This document shows, one piece after another, positions 62,576-64,000 of a stretch of 64,000 nucleotides of DNA. The DNA lies in assembly GCA_030141605.1 (NCBI GenBank), contig JAQGDQ010000060.1:186001-250000 (forward strand), read 5' to 3'. Made by a program: the position numbers and the translations under genes. How positions within the stretch are numbered: the first letter of the stretch is position 1; each line of letters starts with the position of its first letter. Source of the DNA: Tubiluchus corallicola. Its lineage: Eukaryota; Animalia; Priapulida. The notes below the pieces were generated by a model, which saw only the letters and a program-made list of their open reading frames with translations, was not told the DNA's origin and ran no database searches.

Positions 62576-63034
62576 ATGGCAAGTAAGTAGCAATATGCTG
62601 TCCAATTATTTGTATTTAAGTAATAGGTTTATATTTTTTGTAGGAAGAACAACTTCAGAATTAGGTCAGTCAGATTTAACTTTTAAGTTCAATATTACGA
62701 TACTCAATAGTGTAAATCTGTATTACTACCTCAGTGTTCAAGTTAATTAAATTAAATAACACATAAGATTTAACAGTTAATACTGTTGCATGGCATGGCA
62801 GGTATTATACAACATTGCTATTAAAAGCCACGGTCGCGCTAACACATCTTTTAAGCAACTAAGGCTGAAGACTTGAAAGTTGAAAACTAACATTAAAGCA
62901 TCTTGCAAAATTCGCTGTAGTGTACATATACTTGTAATTATGTTAAATGCACTGTCTTTTTTTCAGTCAAATTCCTAGAGATAATTCGTCCATTTTGTGG
63001 TATTCTTCCTGAAGTATCTAAGCCTGAACGAAAG
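62576..63034 (+). CDS. SEC61A1: Protein transport protein Sec61 subunit alpha, first two coding exons (gene continues past the right edge)
   Basis: ATGGCAA|GTAAGT (62576-62582) spliced to 62967-63034 gives [25 protein letters not shown]|GT, matching the conserved Sec61alpha N-terminus (MAIKFLEVIKPFC.ILPEI.KPERK) including the 7-nt first coding exon. Not in the ORF track. Confidence 0.92.
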
Positions 63035-63185
63035 GTATGGTTGATTTTTTTTTGTAAAATGAGAAATGATATCAAATCGTGTCAACCAATAACTTCATGA
63101 TAAAAGCAGCTATTTAAAAAATTAGTGAACAAGAGAAAATAGTCATTTTTGGCATGATAATAACATAACTTAACATGACATAATA

Positions 63186-63685
63186 ATCTTCTTATTCCCA
63201 GCTTTTCCCTATTCGGGGTCGCCGTTGTGAATGAGTCTTCTCCACGCATTCCTGTTGTTGACCATCTCTTCATTTATGTCTTCAATTCCCACAAGATCTT
63301 CACCGACTCTTCTTTTCAGGTGTCCATACCATCGCAATCTTGCGAGGCTTCCAGTACTTTTACTGTTCCTCTGATATTATTATTTCTAATTTTATCTCTT
63401 CTTGTTATTCCCACCATTCATCTCAACATCTCATCTCCTCCACCACACCCATTTTCTTCTCTTCGGTCTTCTTTAGAGAAGCTGCTTCCAGCCCATAGAT
63501 TAGAGCGGGTCTGACCACTTCTTTGTGGACTTTCCCTTTAAGTCTCACCGACTCATTCAGAGAAGGTTATGGCCCAGTTTTTGCAGGCGGATGCCCTTCC
63601 TGACCCTAACCCTTCCTATTTATCCGGGCTTGGGACTGGCACTGAGTTGGGCTGGCTTGCCCCCCCCCCCCAGTGGCTAGGTTAG
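63186..63685 (-). mobile_element. RTE-type LINE remnant in the SEC61A intron
   Basis: Minus-strand translation LKGKVHKEVVRPALIYGLE..., then frameshifted. The adjacent GGCGGATGCCCTTCCTGAC.C.AACC motif is one I associate with RTE-related repeats. Confidence 0.65.
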
Positions 63686-63769
63686 TCAACACATGAATAA
63701 TATGTTACATTAATTATTAATTAATCTGTGCAGATTGATGTTTTAAGTGGGATAACTTTCCTTTATGAA

Positions 63770-64000
63770 TTCAATTCAGAGGAAAAGTGTTATTGATGGC
63801 TATAACTCTCTCATCTTTCTTGCTTGTTGCCAGGTAGTTATGTTTAACTGTTTACTGTTACAAGAAATATATGGTATTTACTAACTATTCTGTGTAGATT
63901 CAATGCTTTATGTAAGTTAATTTTTCTTTTAGATTCAATTCAGAGAAAAAGTATTATGGACGGCTATAACTCTCTTCATATTTCTTGTTTGTTGTCAGGT
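63770..64000. repeat. ~165-bp tandem duplication running off the window
   Basis: TTCAATTCAGAG.AAAAGT.TTAT...GGCTATAACTCTCT...TTTCTTG.TTGTTG.CAGGT at ~63770 and ~63934. Confidence 0.75.

Overview
AT-rich, intron-rich genomic DNA from an invertebrate animal; no prokaryotic features. Most of the ORF track is spurious. Manual splicing gives five protein-coding genes: (1) the 5' part of an alpha-2-delta/CACHD1-like VWA-cache protein gene (minus, ATG 13228, runs off the left edge); (2) a complete 18-coding-exon NUP153 (minus, 44816-22716); (3) a complete 9-coding-exon RNASEH1 (plus, 45337-55448), head-to-head with NUP153; (4) an intronless SRP68 (minus, 60807-59005); (5) the first two coding exons of SEC61A (plus, from 62576), head-to-head with SRP68. 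Introns hold many hAT and pogo/Tigger MITEs, a tRNA-derived SINE, LINE and Penelope-like remnants, and minisatellites. Most notable: a 57-bp in-frame tandem array amplifying the RNase H1 catalytic-Glu motif together with its 5' splice site; inverted repeats bracketing a frame-preserving 453-nt RNASEH1 linker cassette; the SRP68/SEC61A divergent pair; an LTR-like end packed with heat-shock elements; candidate microexons; and a probable GC-AG intron. All coordinates were read by eye and could be off by a few bases.
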